Shown here piece after piece: positions 1-56,431 of a stretch of 64,000 bases of DNA; the stretch's first letter is position 1; each line of letters opens with the position of its first letter. Origin of the DNA: Octopus vulgaris (taxonomy: Eukaryota); NCBI GenBank assembly GCA_951406725.2, contig OX597823.1:17732001-17796000 (forward strand), written 5' to 3'. A program made the translations under genes and the position numbers. The notes beneath the pieces are model-generated. The model searched no databases and had not been told where the DNA came from. It was given only the letters and a program-made list of their open reading frames with translations.

Positions 1-101
1 AAGTAACAAAACAGAGTAGCTGGTACATTTGACAACAGTATTTTCATTATCAGAAAATACAGCTGTAAAGTATGGTTCAGAGAGGATAACACTAGTTATT
101 T

Positions 102-260
<159 letters not shown>

Positions 261-830
261 TGCATGTATGTATATATTTCTTTATTGCCTACAGGGAGCT
301 AAACACAGAGGGGAAAAACAAAAGGGAATAAATCAATTACATCGACCCCAGTGCGTAACTGGTACTTATTTAATTGACCCCAAAAGGATGAAAGGCAAAG
401 TCGACCTCGGCAAAATTCAAACTCAAAACGTAACGCCAGATGAAATACTGCAAAGCATTTTGCCCGGCATGCTAATGATTCTGCCAGCTTGCCTTATATA
501 TATAAGGAAATATCCTTCATTTAATGGGACATTTTTTTTAAAACAGTTATTAATATTGTGTTATAAGACTTACACAATCTCTGATGATTTGAAAATGTAA
601 CCTGCTTATATGGTTCTCATGATATAACAACGTTTATTTTATTATTAATGAAACATGTAAGATGATATACCTAAACAACTAATAAACCAACTCTCCTCTT
701 TTGTTTTTTAGCTTCAGGTCTTGGACCAAGGGAACATAGACCAGAGGCAAGTACACAACCAGTACTCACATTCAGAGATACAATGGGCCTGCCAGAACTG
801 CCTTTAAGTGATACCTGCACAACCACTGCA

Positions 831-1040
831 TGGTACCTTAAGAATGAAGGAACTCCATGCGATATTAAATGGAAGATCATAAAGCAGTGAGGGTCATATA
901 TAAACAGGAGTGGATGATGCAAGCTTTGCACAGTAAAATGGGCAAGGATTCTTAAAGATTTGTTGCATCCAGAGTCTCTCTTAAATTCATGACACGAGAT
1001 CTATAGTCCCTGTCCTCATTTCAAATACTACCTGCTACAG
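831..1040 (+). mobile_element. Penelope-like element remnant (GIY-YIG endonuclease C-terminus, decayed)
   Basis: Translates WYLKNEGTPCDIKWKIIKQ*GSY...CKLC...LLNS*HEIYSPCPHFKYYL, the W-LK...IKW-I...CxLC...LLN-R-E...CxH pattern of PLE C-termini; three stops. Confidence 0.75.
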
Positions 1041-1242
1041 TTGTTGGATGCCCTGTTCATCAATTAGGGCTGTAAAAGTATTTGTAGACCAAAACCAATC
1101 TAAGGACAGGAATTCCACATGTCTTAACTTACAATTAAATTTATCTTCCAATATTTTAGGATCATAATTTCAATATCTTTTGTCTAGGTTAATAGAGTCA
1201 GTCACCTTGTTTAAAAAAAGAATTGATTTCTTTTATACATAC

Positions 1243-43485
<42,243 letters not shown>

Positions 43486-43687
43486 CTAGTAGGAACAAAG
43501 AAAGAAGAAAATGAAAGTTTGTTGTGGTAAATATATATATATATAATAATAAATATTAGGGAATAAATCCAAACTTACAGGGAAAAATCAGATTTAGGAT
43601 TGAATCCAATTTTATAGTAAAATATTATATTATATTAAATTAGAGATAAAACCATTGATTAAACCTCGCCAAGTTAAATATTTAAAC

Positions 43688-43751
43688 CACCTGATGAATG
43701 ACTGTAACTCGAAAATTTAAAGAAATTAACAGCCATGAAACGATCGTAGTG
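43688..43751 (+). ncRNA. Minimal type-I hammerhead ribozyme motif (intact core)
   Basis: CAC-CTGATGA-[ATGACTGT..ACAGCCAT]-GAAAC-GATC-GTA-GTG. Confidence 0.75.
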
Positions 43752-44115
43752 CTATATTAATTATATTTTTTTAATAATTTTGTTATATATTTAAATAATA
43801 TAAATTAAATAATCTTATGTATTGGCTTAAGCTTTTCATTGTATGATTTGCCTAATAGTGGTTTTATCTCTAATTTAATATAATATATATATATATATAT
43901 TATATATACATATAAAGATTGATAAAATTTGGTTTACGATAAAAATTTCAGATATTTGTCTTAAACATTCAGACAAGCAAATTCATAATTCAGATGTATG
44001 ACATGAGATATTATTCCATTCAAATAACCACATATTTATATTAAGACATAGACGATAAAACTATAGAAATATAAGAGTATAAACATAAAAAATATAAGGA
44101 GTAACATGAAAGTAG

Positions 44116-44171
<56 letters not shown>

Positions 44172-44256
44172 TTCACAAAAAAAAAACAAAAGACGAAGAC
44201 AGGTGGTGTACAAAACAAACAGATGTATTAGTATAACACTCATGAATTGAAAAAGT

Positions 44257-44293
44257 CTTTTATGTTTCGAGCCTATGCTCTTCTACAGAAAAG
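44257..44293 (-). ncRNA. Hammerhead-like motif with variant core CUGUAGA
   Basis: TTT-CTGTAGA-A-GAGC-ATAG-GCTC-GAAAC-ATA-AAAG on the reverse complement. Confidence 0.5.
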
Positions 44294-44591
44294 GACACAG
44301 AAAAAAACAAGGAGAGAAAAAAATGTATACATATGTATATCAAAGAGAAAAAAACAAAATTTTGGAATTAATTAAGGGATAATTGAAGTAAAATTAATGA
44401 GTAAAGTGTATGAATTTGTATATTTAACACTTTCATTACCATACATGAGGTTAGAAGGATTTCTTATATGTGATGTGAATATAAAGAGACTGAAGTCTAA
44501 GAAAACTAATGATGGACGGTGTTAGTGTAAAGAAGTGAAAAGAAGTTGATAATAGATGTATAATAGAAGGTGTGTGAGTGTGAGTAACAAC

Positions 44592-44735
44592 AATGATGAA
44601 AATGATGATGATGATGGCATTGTTAATGATGATACTGACAAAAATGTTAATGAAGAAGATGATTATTATGATGACAACGTTAATGATGACGATGGTAATG
44701 TTGACAATGATGACGACAATGATGATGATAATGAA

Positions 44736-44769
<34 letters not shown>

Positions 44770-44835
44770 ATGATGATGATGATGATGATTATGATGATGA
44801 TGATGATGATGTTAATGGCTATGGAAATGGCAACA

Positions 44836-44866
<31 letters not shown>

Positions 44867-44870
44867 CAAT
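44592..44870. repeat. Degenerate (GAT)n microsatellite
   Basis: Direct reading; gives spurious poly-D and poly-M ORFs. Confidence 0.9.
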
Positions 44871-47859
44871 TTTGTTCCAGACAAAATTTATATTTCAAAG
44901 TATCTGTTATGTTCAGTTTATATAGCATCAATGGTTAAGGAATATATTCTGGAGTTTTCCCGTTACTCTCTCAATCCATATTTGCCCACCACCTACATGC
45001 ATCCACACTGTTCATTAATTTCTCCTTCCATCAGTAATCTACTTAAATACATAAGATTCCACCCCCTACACACAGACATACACACAAATATACATATATA
45101 AAAAGAAAACATACACATATACACATACATTATATGTTCTATATTAAACACATACGCATACATTCTGAATTCAAATTTGCCTTTCAACCTTTTGAAACCA
45201 ATGAAATAAAATTAAGTATTGGGGTTGATGAAATCGACTGACCCCTCCCACTAAAATTGAGGGCCTTGTGCCAAATCAATAGTTATTCTCTGGTAAATTT
45301 AGTTTCTTTTTCAGTATTGTCCAAAACAATAGCATTTTGTTATTAGAATCTCCAGAATCCATAGATTCAATAATTAAATCCTCTAAACCCATAACCCAAT
45401 TTAACATAGATCTCTTAGCCTTTGGATGCTTTTAGCAGAATCTGTTCTGTTCTAAGCATTTGCAATCAGATCTCCATTTCAAAGATAATTCAATATTTAG
45501 CTGTTGCTAAGGAGGAGAGCTGGCAGAATTGTTAGCACGCCGGGCAAAATGCTTAGAGTACTTCGTCTGTCTTTAGGTTCTGAGTTCAAATTCCACTGAG
45601 GTTGACTTTGCCTTTCATCCTTTCGGGGGATCAATAAATTAAGTACCAGTTGCATACTGGGGTCGAGCTAATCGACTGGCTCTCTCCCGCAAAATTTTGG
45701 GCCTTGTGCCTAGAGTAGAAGCGAATAATTAGATGTTGTTGCTTCTTACTGTATTAATTGAGATTTTTTTTTTTAAGTTGATAATTTTTTTTGTTTTTTA
45801 TCGAGACACCATCCAGTCAGGCTGATTGCCCAGGCCAACCTGATTATCTCTCTCCATCCCTCCCAATCTTCCATTAGTGTTTTTAGGTCAACCAGTGCAG
45901 TGAGAGAAATATCTCGATCATCAATAGATGTGGCTCACACTGATGATTATACTGAGCTATGGAAAGATTAGTTGGTCATTTAAGTTGGTAAATTCCTCAT
46001 AAATATTCACAAGGTCCGAAATTTTAGGGGAGGGGGCCAGTCGAGTACATCGACCCCAGTATGCAACTGGTACTTAATTTATCAGTCCTGAAAAGATGAA
46101 AAGCAAAGTTGACCTAGGCGGAATTTGAACTCAGAATGTAAAGACAGACAAAATATTGCAAAGCATTTTGCCCAGTGTGCTAACATTTCTGCCAGCTTAC
46201 TGCCTTAAATTCCTTATAAATATTAAGCTCACTTAATTTCTAACTGTAGACCATAATGAGAAACTAATTCTTATGAGATACTGTTGCAGTTGTTCTGAAA
46301 TAACACTGCACACTCTGCATCTATTTGTATCATGATATGGCTGGATAATAGAGTGATAAAATGGAGTGATGAGCAAATGACAGATTACTTGCTCACATTC
46401 AGTATTTGTTAAGTTGTATACATGTAAATTTGCTGAAAATTTGTTAACTGAAACTAATATTCTGTTAGCGCTCACAAACAATAGCCATTATATATTATTG
46501 GTAGTTCCTTGCCTTCTATAACTATAACTAAGCTCCAAAAAAGAAAGTTCCTGCAATCATTATTCTAGAATTCTAGAATAAAAAGATCTAATTAACACAA
46601 GGAGAGATTAAATATTGTTGTTGTTTAGTTCCAGATTGATCTTGATTATCTTGTCTTTTCCTTGATTTAGTCGTAGTCTATGCAGTACTATTCCATTTTT
46701 CGCTCAAGATTAAAATGTTTTACAATTCTGCATGGAAAAATTTAAACTAAAATACACCCACCCACTCAAAACAAACAAAGCAAAAAAAAAATTAAAATTA
46801 AAAAGTAAAAACAGAAATGGCCCAGCAGATTCCAACATTGAAAAATTCAAAAACTTAAAGAGAGATCTGTTCTTAGATTAACAAATAAGATATTGGAATA
46901 TAAACACTAGAATCAAAGAAGAGAAGTAATGGTCTTTGTTGGCAAGAGGTAAAAAGGAAGAAGAATAATCTTTTATAGAATTTTTTAAAAATATGAACTA
47001 AATTCATGGCACACCCCACCTCCCATTCCATTGCATAATTAGAAGAAATATTCAAAGCCGATATTAAACCAAAATGGTAATTATTGAAATCAAAAGGAAT
47101 TTTTTCCTCTATGTGTGTGATATTTCTTTTGCACTACTAGCTATATATTTTTATATTTTGCATCATTAATTTAGCTGTCAGGGCAGCAAAGATTGCTTCA
47201 AGGTAGCTATGGATGGTGAGTTACAAACCCTAGAAGGAGCAGTGCTATCAGGTATAGTACTAGCAGGATACATACTGTGGTTTAATCGACCTTGGTTGGC
47301 TTACCTAGGTTAGGGTGTATGATTGTTGAAACACTTGAAACATCAGATAACACCAGGGAATATGACTGAAGATGTGTCCAAGTGCATCATAGATTGATGT
47401 ATGGATGAAATAGTTACTAATAAAGTAACTCTACCATTAAGAACTACAATAGCCATTACTGGCACTCTGTCGGTTATGTTGATGAGGGTTCCAGTTGATC
47501 CGATCAATGGAACAGCCTGCTCGTGACATTAATGTACAAGTGGCTGAGCGCTCCACAGACACGTGTACACTTAATGTAGTTGTCAGAGAGATTCAGGGTG
47601 ACATAGTGTGACAAGGCGAGTCCTTTGAAATACAGGTACTACTCATTTTTGCTAGCTGAGTGGACTGGAAGAACATGAAATATAGTCTCTTGCTCAAGGA
47701 CACATGTCGTCCGGAATTGAACTCATGACCATACAATCGTGAGCTGAATACCCTAACCACTAAGCCATGTGCCTTCACACTATAGCCATTAATACTGAAT
47801 AAATAGTATTGCTGAATTGTTTGTTCTTTATGTTATAGCTTTGATGATGAATGGTGAAA

Positions 47860-48620
47860 AATTGCAATTAGAACCATTTCATGCTCCCTGTGGAAAAAAA
47901 AGCACTGAGTGCAAGGGCAGTGGCAAAAGAAACTAATGATGTGGAAGACCCAGAAAACTGGTTCAGACATTTCGAGAAAGATGACACTAGCCTTGAAGAT
48001 AAACCAAGGTCAGAGGGACATTCTGTTGTGGCAGATGAAGCCTTGTTTGAAAGGGTTGAAAAACAGTCAAGCACAAACACCCATACATTGTTGACAGAAC
48101 TTGGTCCTTCACAAAGAACCATCAGTCAACACCTCCATAACTTGGCCTTGTAAACAGGCATTGTTGAGAAATTCCTCAGGAACTGACCAATGGCCGATCC
48201 CAATAACATGTGAACTTTTGCAAACAACTTGAAAAATTCACCTATTTACATAATCCTATTAAGAGAAGTCAGTGACTTTGTTCCAGTCAAACTTCAGAAC
48301 CTGTAATCAAACAGAGGGTCATATTGTGTGTTTGGTGGAATTTCAAGAGGGTGTTGCACTTTGAGCTCCTTCCAGATGGTGATCCTGTAAATGCTAACCT
48401 TGATGCTAGTGAGTATATGATACTTTGAAAGCCTACTACTCGGCATTGATCAGTTTAAGATGTGCACGTCTACAACATGACAATGCCCCAGCACACACTG
48501 CCAATGTTACCAAGTGCAAACTTGATGGCTTGTGGGACCAGACATGCTACCTCAAACTGTTTACAGTCCAGATTTTGCACCAACAGGTTACCAATTTTTC
48601 TGAGCCATGGTTCATTTCCT
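47860..48620 (+). mobile_element. Decayed mariner transposase
   Basis: NWFRHFEKDDTSLEDKPRSEG (HTH), LCVWWNFK-VLHFELLP, LQHDNAPAHTA and YSPDFAP motifs across frameshifts. Confidence 0.85.
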
Positions 48621-49103
48621 GTATGGAAATTCATGAGCAGGCTGTTCCATTGATTGGATCAACTGGGACTCTCGTCATCAGAACTGACGGAGTGCTATGT
48701 CATATTTGTATGTATGCATTTGCTTGTATATTTGGATGTTTCTATAAGAATATATGCAGAAACCCCCTTTGGTCATGACTGACCATAGGATTGCACATAG
48801 GAAGTTACCCTGCCAGGCATAAGTCCGGGCAAGGTTGTTTATAGAAGACCAGCAGTTGCACATGCATACCTGCCTCCCTTCTCCACACCACTGGTTTTGT
48901 CCAAGGGAAAGGCAAAGGGGCCGATACAGCTTGGCACCTGTGATGTTGCAACTCATTTCTACAGCTGAGTGAACTGGAGCAACGTGGAATAAAGTGTCTT
49001 GCTCAAGAACACAACATGCAGCCTGGTCCAGGAATCGAACTCACAACCTCACAATCATAAGCCCAATGCTCTAACCATTGAGCCATGCACCTTCACTATA
49101 AGA

Positions 49104-49200
<97 letters not shown>

Positions 49201-50256
49201 CATACATTTGTGTATTTGTGTGTTCATATGTATATGTGTACATGTCGGCATATGAATGTTTCTTAATAGACATATGTATGTGTGTGGCATGTGTACGTGG
49301 GTGTCTGTGTGTGTGTATTTCACTGCTTGGAATGGCATATTATTATTGGAATTTGGGGAATTCAGCTTCCCAGTATCTGTTATTTCTGCTAATCATAAAA
49401 CTATGAACTAACAGAGGATGTGTTGTGAGGCAGGGAAAATTGAGGCAAACAAACTAATGAATTAATTAATTGACAAAGCATAACAACAGTTGTTGTGAGG
49501 TTTTCAATCCAGAACTCCTCATAGTCAGTAATCACGCTCTTTGAACCCACAGATATTATGTTTTTTTTTAAATATTTAATAACTTAGTATTTAATAAATT
49601 AAAGCTTGCAGAATCGTTAGCACACCGGCTGAAATGCTTAGCAACATTTCGTCTGCTGCTATGTTCTGAGTTCAAATTATGCCAAGGTCGACTTTGGCTT
49701 TTATCCTTTTGGGGTTGATTAAATAAGTACCAGTTATGCACTGGAGTTGATGTAATCAACTTAATCCCTTTGTCCTTGTTTGTCCCCTCTATGCTTGGCT
49801 CCTTGTGGGCAATAAAGAAATAAATATTTAATAACTTAATGTTGCTGTTGTTGTTTAGCCTCTTACTGGTTCTGATATAAAAGACCTTTGAACTAAAGCA
49901 TTCCAGTTGTGACCATCCATCATATTTTTATAAGCAAAGCATTCTCAATACTACATTATATCCAAAGCATATTTTCTTTTAAAGAGAGATTGTGATTTAA
50001 GGAGGATCTTGCTACTATTTCCTGCAATTCAAATTACCACATGGAGGCTCCTTCTGTATTTGTGATAGCTGAGACAGTGTGTGTTATTATTGTTGTTGGT
50101 ATTATTATCATTTAAAGCAGTTTGATTTGGTCCCCTGCAGGCTTCTTACAGAAACTTGAAGTCGCTTGAGGTCAAATCAAACAGTTTTAAATAATAATAT
50201 GCATAACTCTTACTAAACGTGTAGAGTGGCTCTTTCTTTCACTTGTTCCCTCACCT

Positions 50257-50326
<70 letters not shown>

Positions 50327-51509
50327 TATAATAATAAAAGGGTAAAATTAATTAATTAATTAATAATTAATAATTTTACCAAGTAGTTCGGTATGTTAAA
50401 AGAACCATTAAACTTGTACGGTAAACTTGTACAGAATTCTATAATTACAAGTGGTGAAGCAAACTTTTGCTGAACCCTAATTATAATTATACTCATAATT
50501 ATAGAAGTCTGTATATAAATACATGGTAAATGAAAGACGGAAGATAGAAGTTTTATTAATCACGACAATTGCTTCGACATGTCTAGCATCAATCCCTCAT
50601 GGGCGGAATACTTAACAACTGGTTGGGGAGCATTCGACAATACAGCTGTATCTCTTTGGGTGATAAATAGATACAACCTGTTAAAATAACACTTCCGCAA
50701 TGTATCTTCTCATTTTGTGTAAAGAAAAGCAGCAAATTAAAGGATATATCTTCATTTATATAATAATAAAAAATGCACCCTTTTTAAAGTGTAGATAGGC
50801 TCATGGGCCCGGTTTCACGGTTTCTATGGCGTATGTGTTCCGCAGCTGGACGGGACGCCAGTCCATTGCAGCGTTACTCATTTTTGCCAGCTGAGTGGAC
50901 TGGAGCAATGTGAAATGAAGCGTTTTGCTCAAGAACACAACGGGTCGCCCGGTCCAGGAACCGAAACCACAATCTTACGATCATGATGCTGACACCCTAA
51001 CCACTAAGCCACGCACCTCCACCTTCATTTATATAGAAGATCAAAAATAAAATAACAGATGCAAAAAAGAAACAAACACACAATACAGACAGATAGATAG
51101 GCACAGATGATGCTGTATCTTTGAGAATTTCCCTTTTCTAATCCTTAGTTTTAGATTCAGCCCTACCATGTGAAAGCTTGTACATGTGTTTGTTTACAAA
51201 AGTCATGAGCTATGTACAAATACTGTTGATGTCACTTATCCTGTCAACAAATCTTGTGCTAGCTTTGCATCTTTGAAGAAGTTTGAAATAAGAGTTTTTT
51301 TTACTCAAAAAATAAGTGTGGGTTTATAATAGGAAGGGCATCTGGTTGTAAAACAATGTTTCAATTAAATATTTGTGTAACCCATGCTAGCCTGGAAAAA
51401 CTGATGTAAAATATGTACGCAAATATATTTACATAATATATATATATATGCCATGATAGATCGTTAGCCACTACACACATTTTTTTCTTTCCTTGTTTTT
51501 TCTGTGTAC

Positions 51510-51545
51510 CTTTCTGTAGAAGAGCATAGGCTCGAAATATAAAAG
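51510..51545 (+). ncRNA. Hammerhead-like motif with variant core CUGUAGA
   Basis: CTTT-CTGTAGA-A-GAGC-ATAG-GCTC-GAAA-TATA-AAAG; second copy at 44257-44293 on minus strand. Confidence 0.5.
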
Positions 51546-51656
51546 ACGTTTTCTATTCCTGAGTGCTATACAAATACATCTGTTTGTTTTGTGCACCGCC
51601 TGTCTTTGTCTTTTGTTTATTTTCATAAACTTTCCCTATATATATATATAAATATA

Positions 51657-51710
<54 letters not shown>

Positions 51711-54700
51711 TACGTGTGTGTGTGTATATATATATATATATAAATATACGTGTGTGTGTATATATATATATATATGTATATACAGTATATACATACATAT
51801 ATATGTGTATGAATGTTTATATACATATATTAATGTATGTGTGTATACAGAAATTTTTCTGTATTTGTATGTCTTTATGTTTACGCCAATCTAAAAGCCA
51901 AATTTATTTATGTTACATTCCTTCATGTTCTTCAAACTTAATGGTTTGTTTAAATCCTTCAATGTATTATATCCGGGGGTCAAAGCATTTAATAATCAAC
52001 TAGTGTTTGTAGGTAACCTAATATTATACAGTTTACTGCTGTTAATAGCATATTTACTGTAAATCTGATACGTAACTGTTTGAGCGTTTACTCTCTTTGA
52101 GTTATTCATGGGAAGAAGGTTTGTACCCATAATTCAGGCACTCTTAAATCGATTCTATTGATCTCCAATCTGAACATTTGTATATCAATGTCTGCAGCTA
52201 GAACAGATGCAAAGGTAGAATCAGAGGGCTATTTTTAATGCATGCTATTGACTCCGTTAAGTATCAAGTGGAGGCATTAAACTAAGTTACGAGGTGGCTG
52301 TTTAGGTCCATGAAGTACTTAATTTCTTCTGCATGGAAAATAATGTTCCTAGACCATATCGATATCTTACCCAGAGATAGATTTATTTTTCAATCTCTTT
52401 ATATTACTGAATCTAATGGACTTGTGAACTATAGAAGTTATAAAAAGAACAGATTGAAATAAAAATGGAACTAGAAGGGTCAACGGAGTCTAATAGACTC
52501 TCTCTCTTTACTCTTTTACTCTTTTACTTGTTTCAGTCATTTGACTGCGGCCATGCTGGAGCACCGCCTTTAGTCGAGCAAATCGACCCCGGGACTTATT
52601 CTTTGTAAGCCCAGTACTTATTCTATCGGTCTCTCTTTTGCTGAACCTGCTAAGTGACGGGGACGTAAACACACCGGCATCGGTTGTCAAGCAATGCTAG
52701 GGGGACAAACACAGACACACAAACATATACACACACACTTATATATATATATATATACATATATACGACAGGCTTCTTTCAGTTTCTGTCTACCAAATCA
52801 ACTCACAAGGCATTGGTCAACCCGGGGCTATAGCAGAAGACACTTGCCCAAGATGCCACGCAGTGGGACTGAACCCGGAACCATGTGGTTGGTTAGCAAG
52901 CTACTTACCACACAGCCACTCCTGCGCCTATGTGAATAAATGTTGAATAAATTTTGAACTGTTCTTAACTGGAACAAAACTTGTGTTAAATGTACTTATT
53001 AATGAAAATAATATTTCAAAAATGTCAAAATAACTTATGAGGGCTGTAAATATCCCCTCATAAAAATAAACATAAAAACCTCAAAATATGGCAAGTTTTG
53101 ATGATAAGATAGATGATGGCAGTTTATATTTTTCTTGTTGTTTGTGCTAATGAAGAATTCATCAGATTATATCTGATGACTGGAAGGTTTAGGATGGGAG
53201 TGGTGTGTAGAATATAAACTCGCTGATTCTGGCTTAAACCTAAATATCAGGGCATGATATGTTAGATGTGTTTTTGGAGATCAGTTGAAAATGTGAAAAT
53301 GCCTGAGTATGGGTGATGAAGAGTTTAGAGTCAGTTTAATGAATAAAATAATAAAATGATGATGGTGGGTGTGAGAAGATAAACAACATTTAAAATTTAT
53401 ATACAAGATAATTTGACAACATAAAGTGGAAGGTTAGTAATACTGATGAGGCAAGAAGGCAGTAATTGATGCAGTGATGATGGTGATGGAAGTGAAAGGT
53501 GAGGGTAAGGAAAAGAGTGTAATGAAGAAATTGTAATTAAAGAGAAAAGTACGTGCTTGCAATTAAAAAAAAAAAAATGTTATGGTACTATTTTAGTAAT
53601 TTATTTAAATTTTACAATATTATTCAGAATAAGAAAGATAAGGAAAATATCTGGTCCCATCCACTTTTGTATTTATTTGTTTAAATAGAATTTTTGGAAT
53701 GGCAAAGATTTGAGTTGTGCTTTAAATAGGGTTTTAAGTATTTTGAAAGCAAAAAAGATATGATAGTTGTCAGGAACTATTAAAAGTTTTAGTGCTAGAG
53801 GTTTCAGGGACTTTTTAAATATTTTTTAGTGTTTCATGTCTGACAAGGAATTGGTTGTTCCACAATTGAACCACTTTTCCCAATATGGTACTAATCTTGG
53901 TTTAATGGACTTACAGGAAAGAGAAGCAAAGCTGTCCATAAAGTGAATACCGAGGAGTAAACTCCTGATAAATTGCAGACAGGAATTTGTCTCCATTTTC
54001 AATTATAATCATTGCACTTACATTACAAAGGCCTTCAAAAAAGCATGAAACAACACTGAAAACTATTGAAGCATTCCCTATTGTTGGTGCCATTGTTATT
54101 ACCAACTGTATATGTTTGTGTGTCTGTGTTTGTCTCCCTAACATCGCTTGACAACTGATTCTGGTGTGTTTACGCCCATGTAACTTAGCGGTTCAGCAAA
54201 AGAGACTTACAAAGAATAAGTCCTAGGGTCGATTTGCGCGACTAAAGGCGATGCTTCATCATGGCCGCAGTCAACTGACTGAAACAAGTAAAAGAGAGAT
54301 CAGTTGGTGCTTTTTACGTGCCACTGGCACGGAAGCCAGTCAAGGTGGTGCTGGCATCGGCTACATTCTGATGATGCATTTTATGTGCCACCAGCACAGG
54401 TATCACAACTACAATTTCCATTTGATTTTAATTTTGATGTAAATGACCAGTAAAATGATTTATAATGTTGAAACAAGTTCTCAGGTCCTTGTACCTCCAT
54501 CCATGTAAACTCACTTGTAAGACTACAAATATAATCTCCCATATTTGTTTGCACAGACTATAACTGCTTGGGTTAAAGCATTGTTGGCATGGCAAAACCA
54601 CTACATAATGCTATGCCAGTATTTGTTTCAGTCCACTACATTCTGAGTTCAAATCCTGCTGAGGTCTACATTGCCTTTCAACTATCTAGGGCTGAAAAAA

Positions 54701-55159
54701 TACAGTACTGTTCAAGTACTTGCGTCAGTATACACACACACACACACATGCACATACATGCATGCATGCATACATACATACATACATACATACATACATA
54801 CATACATACATACATACATACATTTATACACACATACATACATACATACATACATGTATACATACGTACATGAATACATGCATACATATGTACGTTCATA
54901 CATACATACATACACACATACATACACTCATATATATATATGTGTGTGTGTATAATGTATGTGCATGTATGCTGAAAACCAGTGTTGGTTTGTGTATGTG
55001 CTTGTTACTTAGAAGCTTGGCCAAAGAGCCAAATAAAATAAGTACAAAATTTTTAAAGAAATATATACTGCGGGTGATTTATTCAATTAAATTCTTCAAG
55101 GTGGTGCAACAGCAGGGCCACAGTCCAATGAATGTAAAATGTAAAAAATATTAAGAAAA

Positions 55160-55588
55160 AAGGCGCAGGAGTGGCTGTGTGGTAAGTAGCTTGCTTACCA
55201 ACCACATGGTTCCGGGTTCAGTCCCACTGCGTGGCACCTTGGGCAAGTGTCTTCTACTATAGCCTTGGGCTAACCAAAGCCTTGTGAGTGGATTTGGTAG
55301 ACAGAAACTGAAAGAAACCCGTCGTATATATGTATATATATATATATATATGTATGTGTGTGGATATGTTTGTGTGTCTGTGTTTGTCCCCCTAGCATTG
55401 CTTGACAACCAATGCTGGTGTGTTCATGTCCCTGTCACTTAGCGGTTCGGCAAAACAGACCGATAGAATAAGTACTGGGCTTACAAAGAATAAGTCCCGG
55501 GGTCGAGTTGCTCGATTAAAGGTGGTGCTCCAGCATGGCCACAGTCAAATGACTGAAACAAGTAAAGGAGTAAAAGAGTAAAGAGAGT
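55160..55588 (+). mobile_element. SINE family 3 (tRNA-like head, internal TA microsatellite, CR1-like tail ending (GTAAAAGA)n)
   Basis: Copies at 52505-52930(-) and 10320-10822(-); partial copies at 58505-58745 and 63937-64000. Confidence 0.82.
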
Positions 55589-55891
55589 ATTTGGCTATGT
55601 GTAACATCAATAAATATGCCAGTAGCTGACATATCACACATTATACTAACACAATAGTGACTCAGATAGCCGAAACTCTTCGAAGGTGGGGATGTAGGGG
55701 AGAAAAAAAGGAAAAGAAGAGGAAAACTGAAAACAACTGTATGTAATGATTTCTTTTATTGGTGCTAAGAAAGCCCTATATTTTTGGAGGAGTACAATCA
55801 TTTCTCACATTAATTAGCACTAGTAATTATAATGGACAAAGGTTTAGTTCATTGAACTGACCTCTCAATAAAACATCTGGTACAATTTTAA

Positions 55892-56110
55892 CCTTTTAGC
55901 ATTTAAGCTGACCATATCTGGCCCAAATATTTTATCAGTTTTGTGTTTGAACCAGCCATACAGGACCTCTCACACCTACCCTATAATGTAATTCTAAAAG
56001 AAACAACCACATCATTGAAATCTCAAAGGTACAAGATAATGTATGAGTAATTCAAAACAATGTGAATAAACAAACATTACATTTGACAGAGTGATTTGAA
56101 TGCTAAAGGG
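55892..56110. mobile_element. piggyBac-like MITE, family A
   Basis: TTAA-CCTTTTAGCATT ... AATGCTAAAGGG-TTAA. Confidence 0.78.
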
Positions 56111-56431
56111 TTAATTGATCTGAGAGAGGAAAATAACAGTCAACCCATTTCAGGATTTGTATTTAGAGTGTAAAGAACAGTAACCAATATCCAAGATAGT
56201 TCTTGCAAGTCTAAGTCCTTAAGCCTGTTATGGACACGTTTCTAACATTTGAGCTGCTAATATTTTCAATTAATTTACAAAATAACCATGTATATGGAGT
56301 GGGGTGATAGCATTTTAATTTATTACTTGTTCTGCTCCCACATCCAGTAGACCAGTGATCAAAAATGTTCCAAATATGACCATCCTATTTTTTTACAGAC
56401 ATAAATGTAATGGATCCATTTCCCCCCTTAA

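Noticed and set aside
44556-45101. Asp-rich ORF resembling acidic biomineralisation proteins
   Set aside because: Degenerate (GAT)n microsatellite, no signal peptide, antisense within a collagen intron
53917-53945. Minus-strand ATG plus donor (MDSFASLS/gtaagt) as candidate exon 1
   Set aside because: Too short and not hydrophobic enough for a signal peptide
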